A DNA stretch of 64,000 nt from a virus (taxonomy: Duplodnaviria > Caudoviricetes). Below the pieces are notes generated by a model that ran no database searches, was not told where the DNA came from, and saw only the letters and a program-made list of their open reading frames with translations. This document shows positions 1-10,700 of this stretch, in pieces. Made by a program: the position numbers and the translations under genes. The stretch lies in IMG/VR virus record IMGVR_UViG_3300009431_000002, positions 137,922 to 201,921 of that record; one strand, given 5' to 3'. The number at the start of each line of letters is the position of its first letter. Position 1 is the stretch's first letter.

Positions 1-273
1 CGAGAAGATGCGGTGCCGTCGCAGGTACCGTGCGGTCCGGATGTTCCTGCGGTCCCGGGGCAGGAAGGGGTTCGGGATGTCCTTGAGCAGCTGGGCACGG
101 AGGCGGCTGACGTACTGCTCCTCGGCCTCGGGCAGCCGATACATCTCCAGGTGCGTCTTCACGAACTCGTAGCTGCACTTCTCCGGATGCCCCTGCGTCA
201 GCAGGAAGAGGATGAACCGTTCGCTCGGATGAGCACGCTGCTCCCGAGCGGGTGGGAGCAGATCCATCGTCAT
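1..273 (-). CDS. Hypothetical protein, 3' end cut by window edge (MTMDLLPPAREQRAHPSERFILFLLTQG...)
   Basis: Hand translation: ATG at 273 overlaps the stop of the upstream gene (ATGA), open to base 1, GC3-rich codons; absent from the ORF track because it lacks a stop. Confidence 0.75.
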   Translation of the reverse strand, partial: MTMDLLPPAREQRAHPSERFILFLLTQGHPEKCSYEFVKTHLEMYRLPEAEEQYVSRLRAQLLKDIPNPFLPRDRRNIRTARYLRRHRIFS

Positions 274-2414
274 GCGTGTGACAGCAGCTTCAGCCCGTTG
301 ACCACCGACTCCAGAGAGAAGAGCGCCGTCCGCACCGACGACTCGTTGATGATCTTCTGGCCGATGCGGACGGCCAGCAGGAGGTCCGCGAGACGGTTCA
401 CGGAGTCCTCGAGGTACGGCATGTAGCTGACGAACACCGACATCGTCTCGGGCGACAGGAAGCCCAGCGACAGCACGGCGTCCACGGTGTCGGCGTCGCC
501 GTCGGCGAGGTCACCGGCCTCCTTGACCAGCAGCACGGCCTTGGGCAGGTCCTTGATCCTCTCGGCCGCGGTCTTGACCGCCTCCTCGCGGACCTCGGAC
601 AGCGGGACGATGGGGCGGAGCCCACCGAGCTCAGCGTGTCCGACCTCCACCGACTCCGCCAGCTTCTCCTTGGCCACCCGCGGGTGGACACCGGCGCAGA
701 CCATGAGGAACTCGGCGCCAGCCCGGTCCACGAACTGGTAGTCCTGCTGCGCCAGCTTGTGGAAGGCGCGGCCCTTGAGGCTGTACTCGGGGCCGTGGCA
801 CATCAGCGTGCCCACCTGCGCGACACCGCGGGCCTCGGACTCCTTGTTGAATCCCTCCGGCGCGTCCACCAGCTTGGTCATCTGTCCCTCGAGGGGGCAG
901 AAGCGGTAGTGATCGGGCACCGCGAACAGGCCGTCGCCCAGGAACTGGATCTTCTGGATGTTGGGGGCGAACGAGAACCGGACGAACTCCCCGATGTCCG
1001 TGATGGCCTGGTACGCCTGCATCCCACCCTGCTGCTGGTCCAGCTGCACTTGGAAGGGCACCGTGGCCTTGGCGTTGCCGCCCTCCACGCAGTAGAGGAA
1101 GCCGTGCCCGCGCACGGGCCCGTGCGGGAGGTTGCCGCCCTTGCCGACGCGGATGCCGGCGACGCCGGGCTGCACCGAGAACTCCGAGCCGTTGGTGAAC
1201 AGGCTCATCGGCACCAGGTCCTCGCCCATGCTGGGCTGGAACTGCATCAAGCCGGGGAACACCCAACCGATGAGGTGCCGGCCGTCGCAGGTGGCGACGC
1301 GCCACTCGCCGAACTCGTCGACCAGTCGGATCTCCTCGTCCTCGGAGTCCGGTTCCATCGCCGCGGCGTCGACGATGTCGGACTCGCCCGGGGCCAGATC
1401 GCCAGCGCCCGGCGCGATACCCTCGGCCTCGGCCGCCCCCATCTCCTGCTGTTGGGGAGCGAACGCCTCGGGGTTGGCCCACTTCGCCATCACCGTGCCG
1501 CTGGCGGTCTTGGTGAGCTGGACCACCGTGGGCTTGATGCCCGTGGCAAACTGGCTCCACATGTCGGCCGCGGCCACCTTGTCCAGCGTGCTGGCACCGG
1601 CGATGTACCCCAGCATCTCGGCCGCGGTCTCCGACGACCGGAAGGCGCGGCGCAGGGCGGGGTCGTCGGCGATGGCGGCGGCGACCTTCTCGACCGTGGC
1701 GGCGTCCATCGACGGCGCGAGCGCACGCAGCAAAGGCACGCCAGCCTTCTTCTCGTGCAGCTTCTTCTTGGCCTCGAGGGTGGAGTCCCAGGACTCGCCG
1801 GACGCCTCCTCCAGCTTCTTGAGCTGGTCCTCGTCGAACTTCTTGGCCAGGAAGCTGTCGACCACACCGGCGGCCTTCTCGACCCCCAGCATCTCGGCGA
1901 GCGCCTCCTCATGGGCGGAGCCGGTCACCGTCATGCCGCCGAAGTACCCGCCGTACTGGCCGCCGCCGAAGGGCGGGGCGAGGTCGCTGGCCATGTACTT
2001 CTGCGCCGGCGGCGTGCCGGGGCCGTCGAAGGTCTCGGCGCGGAACATGTGCTGACGGAAGCGAGCCTCCGTCAGCGGCCACGTCTTCTCCCCCTGCATG
2101 AACAGGTCGAACGGCGCCAGCTGGAACTTGTGGATCACGATGGGGATGCGGGAGTGCTTGACCGACTTCCCCAGCAGCTCCTCCCCCGGCGACCTGTCGG
2201 TCTTGTTCTTGACCTCGACGTAGCCGATGGCCGTGCCCTGCTCGGGCACCGAACGGGGGATGTTGACGGAGACGTCGTACTCCGCCAGGAACGGAAGCTG
2301 GCGGTACGCCTCCTGCAGGAGCTGCGTCGGCCAGTGGTCGGCGTTGCTGACCATGCGGGCCGAGGAGACCATCGCGGTCTTGGTCTTGGGGGATTCGTCG
2401 AGGAAGAGGTCCAT
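270..2414 (-). CDS. Probable virion/head-associated protein, 714 aa, K-x-A rich
   Basis: Long GC3-rich ORF downstream of the spike gene in the same operon; 11 K-x-A tripeptides by hand count. Function not recognised. Confidence 0.6.
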   Translation of the reverse strand: MDLFLDESPKTKTAMVSSARMVSNADHWPTQLLQEAYRQLPFLAEYDVSVNIPRSVPEQGTAIGYVEVKNKTDRSPGEELLGKSVKHSRIPIVIHKFQLAPFDLFMQGEKTWPLTEARFRQHMFRAETFDGPGTPPAQKYMASDLAPPFGGGQYGGYFGGMTVTGSAHEEALAEMLGVEKAAGVVDSFLAKKFDEDQLKKLEEASGESWDSTLEAKKKLHEKKAGVPLLRALAPSMDAATVEKVAAAIADDPALRRAFRSSETAAEMLGYIAGASTLDKVAAADMWSQFATGIKPTVVQLTKTASGTVMAKWANPEAFAPQQQEMGAAEAEGIAPGAGDLAPGESDIVDAAAMEPDSEDEEIRLVDEFGEWRVATCDGRHLIGWVFPGLMQFQPSMGEDLVPMSLFTNGSEFSVQPGVAGIRVGKGGNLPHGPVRGHGFLYCVEGGNAKATVPFQVQLDQQQGGMQAYQAITDIGEFVRFSFAPNIQKIQFLGDGLFAVPDHYRFCPLEGQMTKLVDAPEGFNKESEARGVAQVGTLMCHGPEYSLKGRAFHKLAQQDYQFVDRAGAEFLMVCAGVHPRVAKEKLAESVEVGHAELGGLRPIVPLSEVREEAVKTAAERIKDLPKAVLLVKEAGDLADGDADTVDAVLSLGFLSPETMSVFVSYMPYLEDSVNRLADLLLAVRIGQKIINESSVRTALFSLESVVNGLKLLSHA

Positions 2415-2418
2415 TGGT

Positions 2419-3510
2419 TCACCTCAAGTACGTGTTCTGGGCCAGGATGGAGCTGGCCGGAGTCGTCGGGGCCGCGGCTGTCGTACCCGCCACGGAGTGC
2501 GTGTGCGACTGGAGCCAGGAGACGAGCGTGTCTCCCAACACACCCTTCTGCGCGCCCTGCTGACCGCCGACCGTTACCTTCCCGCTGGGCTCCACCACGA
2601 CGGAGCCTCCGCCCATCGTGATGTTGCCGGTGGCCGTGATCTCCACGTCGCCACCGCTGTCTATCTTCACACTGGTTCCACCCTTGAGCATAGCTTCTTG
2701 AGTGGCTTCGACCTTCGCGTTCTCCTGTGCCACGAGCTCGATGTTCTTCTTGGCCGCCACCAAGAAGCTGTCCTCGACCGCCCAGGAGACCTCGCCGTTG
2801 TGCTTCACCGTCAGCTCGGCGTTGAGCGTCGCCTCCTCGGCGCCATCCACGTTCACGCCGAGCCGTAGGGCCACGTCTTCGTCGTCAGGGTCGTGGCCGA
2901 GCAGCAGGGAGCACACGTAGCCTGGGTCCGTGGCCTTCTCCTTGGCCCGCAGCAGCAGCGTCGTGGTCTTGTCTCCGTCCGCGTTCTTCTCCGGCCGGTC
3001 GACCAACCAGGTCAGCTCGCCGCCGAACGTCCGCAACTCGTACTGTGAGCACACGTCGCGGATCATCCGATGGATCGGCAGGTACAGGCGCTGGGCCAGG
3101 GGGCCGGCCATCACCTGCACCACGCCACCGCGTCGGATGGTGATGCCGTTGCCGTCCCTCGTGCTCATGTGGATGTCGCCGGGGTTGAGGTCCTTGCGGG
3201 TGGCGCGCCACCCCTCCTCCCCCGGCGGCGGCGCGTACCCCAGGATGAACGGGTGCTCCCCGTCGCTCGGCCAACAGACCCAGCACATCGCCCCGACCTC
3301 CGGCATGATGTACACGCCTTCGCCGAAGTAGTGGTGCATGTACGGCGACATGAACGGCACGTCCCCGTAGTAGCGCATCGAGTGCTGGGTCACGAAGTCC
3401 ACGGAGTACAACGGCGGGTTCACGTTGATGACCTGGGCGGACTCCACGTACGCCTCGGTGAGCTCACCGAGAGCAATCGGTCGCGGTTCCTGGTGGGTCG
3501 CCCGAGTCAC
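2419..3510 (-). CDS. Baseplate central spike (gpV/gp5-like), 363 aa
   Basis: N-terminal OB-fold-like segment (GVYIMPEVGAMCWVCW..PFILGY), beta-helix-like repeats, C-terminal H-x-H metal-binding tip (LQSHTHSV) as in P2 gpV/phi92 gp138. Confidence 0.72.
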   Translation of the reverse strand: MTRATHQEPRPIALGELTEAYVESAQVINVNPPLYSVDFVTQHSMRYYGDVPFMSPYMHHYFGEGVYIMPEVGAMCWVCWPSDGEHPFILGYAPPPGEEGWRATRKDLNPGDIHMSTRDGNGITIRRGGVVQVMAGPLAQRLYLPIHRMIRDVCSQYELRTFGGELTWLVDRPEKNADGDKTTTLLLRAKEKATDPGYVCSLLLGHDPDDEDVALRLGVNVDGAEEATLNAELTVKHNGEVSWAVEDSFLVAAKKNIELVAQENAKVEATQEAMLKGGTSVKIDSGGDVEITATGNITMGGGSVVVEPSGKVTVGGQQGAQKGVLGDTLVSWLQSHTHSVAGTTAAAPTTPASSILAQNTYLR

Positions 3511-3517
3511 GTCCTAC

Positions 3518-3940
3518 TCAACGACGGAGCAGCGTCGCGCCCCCGAGGCCCAACGTGCCGAGACCAGCCATGCCTCCGGCGCCGGCCAGCGCACCGCCGC
3601 CGACGTCACGGGCGAGGTCGCCGCCCTCCTGGACCTGCTTGCCCCAGCCCTCGAGGCCCTCGCCCCAGCCGCGGCGTGTCTTGCCGGCGTCCAGGGCCTC
3701 CGTGCTCATCTTGCCCTTGGGCTGGGCCTTCACGGCGCGGGCCATGGCGTCGTCGCCCGACTGGGTGAGCTTGCCGCCCAGCCACTTGGCGCCGCGGCCG
3801 ATGAGCTTGCCGGCCTGCTCGATGAGCGCGAGCTTCTCGAGGTCGCTCAGGCCACGGGCGTCTGCCACCTTCTCGAGCTCGTCGAGGAACCCGCCGACGA
3901 AGGCGTGCTCGCATGCGGCCGCGTGCTTCTCCATATCCAT
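3518..3940 (-). CDS. Putative internal virion protein with FLDELEKVA leader, 140 aa
   Basis: SD GAGG; leader motif shared with neighbours; Gly/Ala/Leu-rich hydrophobic C-terminus. Confidence 0.6.
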   Translation of the reverse strand: MDMEKHAAACEHAFVGGFLDELEKVADARGLSDLEKLALIEQAGKLIGRGAKWLGGKLTQSGDDAMARAVKAQPKGKMSTEALDAGKTRRGWGEGLEGWGKQVQEGGDLARDVGGGALAGAGGMAGLGTLGLGGATLLRR

Positions 3941-3949
3941 GCGGTCCTC

Positions 3950-4735
3950 CTATCCAAAGTGGCGCGGCGTTGGCGCGTCGAGCCACAGATATTTGCTTTC
4001 GTGCGCTGACAGCCGAGGCTTGAGCCACCGCATGGCTTCCTGAGGCCCGCGGCTCTGCAACTGCTCCCGGTACGCGTCCTGTATCTGACTGTACTCTAAA
4101 TCTCGTCGGTCGACCGACCGCTCCAGCAACGCCCGAAACCGACGTCGCATAGCCTTCGGCATCTTCTGCCCAGGACGGCCAACGAACCCACCTGCGCGGG
4201 CGTCCCCGAACGCCTCGGACGCCTGCCTGGACAGACGCCTGTACTCCGGTTCGCGCAGCCTACGCCACAATCCAGCCGTCTCCCAGCCACCGCCCGGGCC
4301 CTCTAAGGTGTTAATGAGATTGGACTCCTGGACCAGCACATCTGGCTCTGCGTGACCAGAGACCAGTTCCGTGAGCTTCTCGCCGTAACGGCCAGCTTTC
4401 CGCTCCGCAGCCTCGTGTATGGTGGCGATCCCACGAAGGTTGGTTTGTGCCTCCCTGGAGGCGTGTGGGGCAATACCGCGACCCGCGGATGGCGCCACGT
4501 AGACGGCACCTGCAGCCCGAGCCAGGGCCGGGGACTGATCCTTTATGGCCTCCGGCAAACGCTTCGGTATGTGGAACGCGCCAGCGCGCATCGGTGTGGT
4601 GCCGAGCTCCTCCCAGGCTTTCGCTGGTAGCCTACGCAGTGGGGCGATGCGCTCGGTAGCCACGCGAAGATCTGCAGCTGACACCGCGATCTTCACAAGC
4701 TCGTCGCAAAACGCCGCCAGTCGCCTCCGCTCCAT
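3950..4735 (-). CDS. Putative internal virion protein with FCDELVKIA leader, 261 aa
   Basis: SD AGGAG; leader motif; basic mature part with HEAAE...H..E motif; codon usage atypical for the genome. Confidence 0.6.
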   Translation of the reverse strand: MERRRLAAFCDELVKIAVSAADLRVATERIAPLRRLPAKAWEELGTTPMRAGAFHIPKRLPEAIKDQSPALARAAGAVYVAPSAGRGIAPHASREAQTNLRGIATIHEAAERKAGRYGEKLTELVSGHAEPDVLVQESNLINTLEGPGGGWETAGLWRRLREPEYRRLSRQASEAFGDARAGGFVGRPGQKMPKAMRRRFRALLERSVDRRDLEYSQIQDAYREQLQSRGPQEAMRWLKPRLSAHESKYLWLDAPTPRHFG

Positions 4736-4743
4736 GCGATCTC

Positions 4744-7700
4744 CTAGTACCCGACGCGGAACTCCGTGGTGCCGGGTGTTCCTTTCTCAGGCTGCCCGAA
4801 CTCGGAGCCATAGGCTAGCGCCGGGATCGGATGCAACCCGTGGATGTTGCTGGACCAGCCCCTCAAGGCACCGTCGACGATGGTGTCCTTCAGCTTCTGG
4901 TACTGGAGCCGCGCCATCCAGTCCTCCTGCATGTCCAGCGGCGTCTGCGTGACCCCGCGCAGGATGGGCGTGAACTTGACGGGCTTCTTGCGCTTCTTGT
5001 TGTGGTACCCGACATTCGACGTGGACACCAGGTCTCCTGGGAGGAGGTCGGTGTCGCCGGCGTCATCCACTACGCCGAGGTCGGTGATGGCGCGGACCGC
5101 GGTCTCCACGTTGCGCCGGAGCACTGGGCCCGCGTCCGAGTACGCCTTGTGGACCTCGTCCGCGAGGTAGCCGCGCACCGTGTTGATGTTGGTCAGCGGC
5201 AGCATCTCGTGCGGATTGATGGGCCCGCCGGAGAGCCGGTCCCCCTTGCGGACCTTCACGCCCTTGCGCAGCTTGATCTTCTCGTTGACCAGGTGCTCGG
5301 GGACGTAGTGCCTCTTCCCCTTGACCCAGATGTTGAGGCCGCCGACCTCGGCGTCCTTCTCCACCCGCTCTACGGTGCCCGTGGTCGTCGCCAGCGTCGC
5401 CGAGTCCGCCAGCACCTTGGGCATGCGCAGCAGGTCCTGGACCCTGGTGAACTTGTCGGTGGACCGGCCGCTCTTCGAGGCAGCGACCCCGCCTTCGTGG
5501 AACGCGCGCATCGACAACTGCGTGGCGGGCTCGCCCAGTGCCTGCGACGCGATGACCCCGATGTTGGTCCCCGGGTCGGGCAGCTGGCCGTCCGGCAGGT
5601 TGCCGTAGTCCCGTGCGTACAGTCCCTTCGGGGCCACCGACTTCAGCGGGCTGCGGATCGACACGCGCCGGACGCCGCTGTTCTTCATCCTCGTCTGGAC
5701 CCGGTCGGTGACCTCGGTGTTCCTCGGCAGGACGTCGCCGCCCCGGAGCTTCACGGGCCGCGCGAGGTAGCGACCGATGACCTCGCGGTCCTCGGGGTCC
5801 GCGCTGATGCCGTCGTCGGCGTCGTCCGGCGCGTCCCCATCGACCACGACGAGGTTCATGGCAGAGTTCACGACGTCCTTGGTCAGCGCGCCGGGCTTGG
5901 CGGTCTCCTTCGTCTTCTGGATCATGCCCTTGCGCGCACCGTGCATGGCCGTGAAGTAGCTGGCGGAGTCCAGGCCCTCGGCGTAGCTCTTGGTGATCGG
6001 CACCGGCACGATGCGGTCGGCCGCGTCCTTCACCAACATGGGGGCGATGAGGATCTGCCGGACCTGGTCCCAGTTGCCGCGAGCACCGGCGTTGACCATC
6101 TCCAGGGCGTGGTTGCCCTGCCGCTCCAACTTCGGACGGATGGCCCGGCTCAGGTCCTCGGTGGCCTTGGAGTAGAGGTCGACGAGGCGCTGGTCCTTCT
6201 CCTCCTGGGTCAGCGACTTCATCTTCTGGATGCGCTTGGCCGCCTTGTGGACCCCAGCCAGGGCGCGGTCGCGCACAGCCTGCTGCGCCTGGAAGTCGTC
6301 GAGGGTGAACGACGCGCCAGACTCGTAGGCGTAGTCGTTGCCCATGTCCTTGAGGTCGTTGACGACGTCGCCGAAGTCGGCCGAGTGCTCCTTGGCCATC
6401 CGGGTGAGGAGGTCCTTGGTCGGGCCCTTGGACATCCGGAAGTCCTTGGAGTGGAGCAGCTGCGCGTCCCCTCGCATCCCCTCCGGCAGCACGCGGTCGA
6501 GGAGGATGCGACCGAGGGTCGTCTCCCTGCCCTTCACCGAGACCACGTCGGTCATGCCGAGGCCGAGCTTGCGGGCCTTGGCCGCCACCTGCGCCGGCGA
6601 GTCGAAGCGGTGCGACGTCTTCTTCCCCCACTCTGTCAGCCGGTACAGCCCGAGCTGGGCCTCGTGGCCCGGGGAGTACATCACCCGGCCGGTGGTGGTG
6701 TTGAACAGGTTGTTGGACGGGAAGAGCTTGCGCGCCTCCTCCACCGCCTCCTTGGCGAGCGGAACGTAGGCGGACATCTGGTCGCCGTCGAAGTCGGCGT
6801 TGTACCCCGAGGTCACCAGGGGGTGGATGCGGATGGCCTTGCCGCCGACGAGCTTGGGCTTGAACGCCATGACCCCGAACTTGTGGAGCACCGGGTCACG
6901 CTTCAGCAGCACCGGCCGCTCCTCCATCACGCGCTCAAGCGCGTGCCGGGCGACCTTGGAGTTGGTCCGGACCAGGTGCTGTGCCTCGGCGGGGACGTAG
7001 CCCTGCTCCCGCACCAGCTTTCGCACGACGAAGGGCTTGTACGTCTCCTTCGCCAGCTTGTAGGGGATGCCCACCTCGTCCAGTCCCATGTCGGGCTCGG
7101 GGATGATGGTGGACCGCATCGACAGGTCCTGCCGGCGGGAGACGAGGTTCTTCTGGAAGAACGAGTCCTTGGGCTGGGGCACGCCCTTCATCGTCTCCAT
7201 CACGCCGCGGTGCTTGCGGCCGTTGATGGTGGAGCCGGTCATCATCAGGGCGCGGAGCCCGTCGTAGAGCTCGGCGGTCAGCTTGCTCTTCGTCTTCTCC
7301 CCGAGTCCGGGGTCGTAGTCCCGCAGCTGGATGTTGGTGATGCCGAGGCTCTTGTACAGGCCGTTGATGTCCGAGTCGTTGAGCTTGCCCGACTCCATCA
7401 CCGAGACCGGCCGCATCACCGGCGGCATGACGGGCACGACCGAGGTGAAGTACGCCTGGTCGGGGGTCAGGTCGTTGGCGACCAGCGCCTCGAGGAACCG
7501 GATCTGCTTGCGCAGCTTCGCCATCGTCGACACGGCCTTGGTGGTCTCGGCCTGGCGACGGAGCGTCTCCAGCTGCTGCCGTGGGTCGATGGCCGCCAGC
7601 CGTGCGCGGATGGCTTCGGGCCCGGTCTTCCCGTCGAGCGTCTTCTCGCCGGCGATGACGGCCTGGTAGTCCTTGTTCTTCAGCCCCGTGAAGGTGAGGA

Positions 7701-10700
7701 TGGCCTTCTCGAACACCGGGTTCGGCATGGGCTCGGCCAGCCGGATGTGGGACCAGCGCTTGCCGTCCACACCGCCCGTGGCGTAGGGGTCGAACAGCCC
7801 GCCGCGCTCCGGCTTGAGGTCCTTGCCCCGGAACATCAGGCCCGGGTCCTTCAGTTCGCCGCTGGACATCCGCAGGATCTGCTCGTCGGTGAGGGGCGCG
7901 AGGTTCAGGGTCGAGCCCTGCTTCTTGACGTCGACGCCCAGCACGTTGAGGTAGCCGTTGAACTTGTCGAAGGCGAACGAGGTGGACGGCGGTGGGAGCT
8001 GCTCCCCAGTCTGCAGGGCCATCCACAGCTCGGGGTTCTTCTGGCTCTTGTAGGTGGCCATCTCCCGGATGTTGGCCTTCGCTCCATGAGCCAACATGGC
8101 GTACATGCCCAACGCGTCCATGGCCTGGGCGCCGTGGGCACCACCGCCCTTCGGAACCTCGTTGACGCTGTACGCGTACCCGGCCCCGCCCGCGCGGGCG
8201 TGGGACTTCTTGTCGATCTGGTGCTTGAGCTTGAGGATGTACTGGTCGCCCGTGAGGATCGGCCCCAGGCTCTGCCCGGACTTGGGGTCCACCAGCTCCT
8301 CGGTGTCGGACAGGCCCTCCTTCGCCAGCTCCGCCTTCATCTCCTTGGCGTAGTTGCGGTTGGCCCCGCCGAAGTTGTTGGTGACGTACCGCTTGCCCCG
8401 CTTCCGGGCGATCTTCCCGGCCATCGTCTCGAGGACCTGGCCGAGGTTGATGCGGCCGGGGATGCCAGCCGGGTTGAGCAGGACCTCGACCGGGGCGCCC
8501 TCTTCGCCAGAGGCGCGCGGCATCTCGTGGTCAGGCAGCACCGCCGTGACGATGCCCTTGTTGCCGTGGCGTCCGACCAGCTTGTCCCCGACGCGGGCAG
8601 GCTCCTCGGTGGCGACGTGGACGCTGACGTCCTTGCCCCGCTTGACGACGCGGACCACCCGGCCCTTCGTGTCCTTGTCCCAGACGATGGGCTTGGGGTC
8701 CATGTCCCGCACGAGGCTCTTGTGCAGCCGCGCCCGCATGCGACGCTCGCTGGTCTGCTCCGGCTTCTTCAGCGCGGCGACGAGGATGTCCCCCTCGTTG
8801 ACCTCCTGCCCCACCTGGATGACGCCGTCGTCGTCGAGCTTGTCGTAGACCTCGCGCTGCACGCGGTCGGGTGGCGCGTACGCGCGGAACTTCTTCTTGT
8901 CCAGGACCGTGTTCTTGGTCAGCCGCATGCTCTTGCGGTGCATGTGCTGGGACTTGAGCTTCTCGGCCGCGGACTCGGAGACGACGATGCCGTCCTCGAA
9001 GTTGTACCCACGGTACGGGATGTAGGCCACCCGGAGGTTCTTGCCCAGCGCGAGCTTGCCTTCGCGCGTGAAGTTGGTGTCGGCCACCGTCTGGCCGCGC
9101 TTGACCTTGTCCCCCTTCTTCACGAGGGGCTCGGAGTGCAGGACGCTGGACGCCTCGTTGAGCGGGAAGTGGTCGTAGAGCTGGACCTCCTCCAGCTTCC
9201 CGGCCTTGCTCCGGATCTTGATGGCGCCGGGCCTCACCGACACCACGGTGCCTTCCACCGGGGACTCGTGGGAGTTGAACTGGCCCAGCACGTCCTCGAA
9301 GGTGGACCTCACCTCGGTCTTGGACTGCACCAGCGGCTCGTCGCGGTCCACCAGGGGCACGGCCTGCTCCTGCTGCCGGGACGCCGTCATGGCCCTGTTG
9401 CCCTGGTTGTTCTGCAGGAAGGGCACGAGGTTGGTGGCCATGCTGAACAGGCCCTTGGCCGACGGGAGGATGTAGTCCACCTCGCTGGCCGGCACCTGCA
9501 TCACCTCGCCGCCCGGGCCGCTGACCGTCACCTCCTTACCGATGGGGACGAGCCGGTTCTTCACCTTCTTGTACTGGTCTGGGAAGGCGACGGTGGAGCG
9601 GTGCGCCTTGTGCGGATCGATCTTCTCCCGGCGGCCCGTCTTCGTGTTGTAGGCCTGGATGTAGAGGGTCTTGCCCTTCCGCGACACCCCCAGCGGGAGC
9701 TGGAGGGTGATGCCGGTGCGGTCACCCTCCGGGGTGTGGATGGGGTCGAGGAAGCCGAGGTGCGTCGGGTCGATGAGCTGGTCGGCGTCGGTCAGGGTGT
9801 GGGTGCTCTTGACCCCGCCCTCGCCCATGATGGTGGTCTTGGACTGGCCGGAGATGAACTCCAGCGGGTTGACCTGGTCGGGCATCTGCGACAGCTGGGT
9901 CTGGGTGAAGAAGGTCTTGATGGGCTTGTCGAACAGCCCGGGGGTCACGACCTCCCTGACGTCGGCCTTGCGGTCGATGTTGTTCTCCATCTTCCGCTGC
10001 AGATCCCAACGGCCGCGGGTCAGCCGCTCGGCCACGAAGTCGTCGACCGACAACGCGTCCTTGTAGAACAGGTGCTCACGCGCGTCCGGGGTGTCCTCGC
10101 CCCTCGAGATCCGCGCGAGCTTGTGGGCCGAGGCCAGGAGCGACGGGCCGCTCACCTTGTCGTAGGCCTTGCCCAGGGTGATCTTCGTGCTGTCGGGGCG
10201 CAGCACGGTCGTGCCGAACTCATCTCGGAGGTGGCGCTCGGCGTCCTCGATGCTGGGTGCCTGCTTGCCCGTCGACGCCTTGTAGAAGGCGCGCATGGCG
10301 ACGTCGTGCTTCTCCTTCTTCCCCTGGTTGAGGATCCCGCGGCCCAGCTCGCGCTCGATGGTGTCGTCGTCGACCCCCAGCACCTTGAGCATCGGGTAGA
10401 GCGGGATGTGGGAGTTGCCGTACCGGACCAGGAACCGCCGGTCCTCCGGGTGGAACCGGAGCCGGAAGTTCTTGCCTTTCGCCATGTTCCACTGGGACTC
10501 CAGCTCACCCTTGGCGCTGACGCGGTGGTACACCCCAGCCTTCAACCGGAACTGGTTGTCGACCTGGTACTCCTTGCCGTCGACGATGTAGGAGTGCCGC
10601 TTGGTCACGCGGGGCAGGTTGCCCACGCGCATGGACTTGCGGCTGATGACCTTGCCCGTCTCCTTGTTGACCAGGGAGACGTCGGCCATAACAGGGTCAG

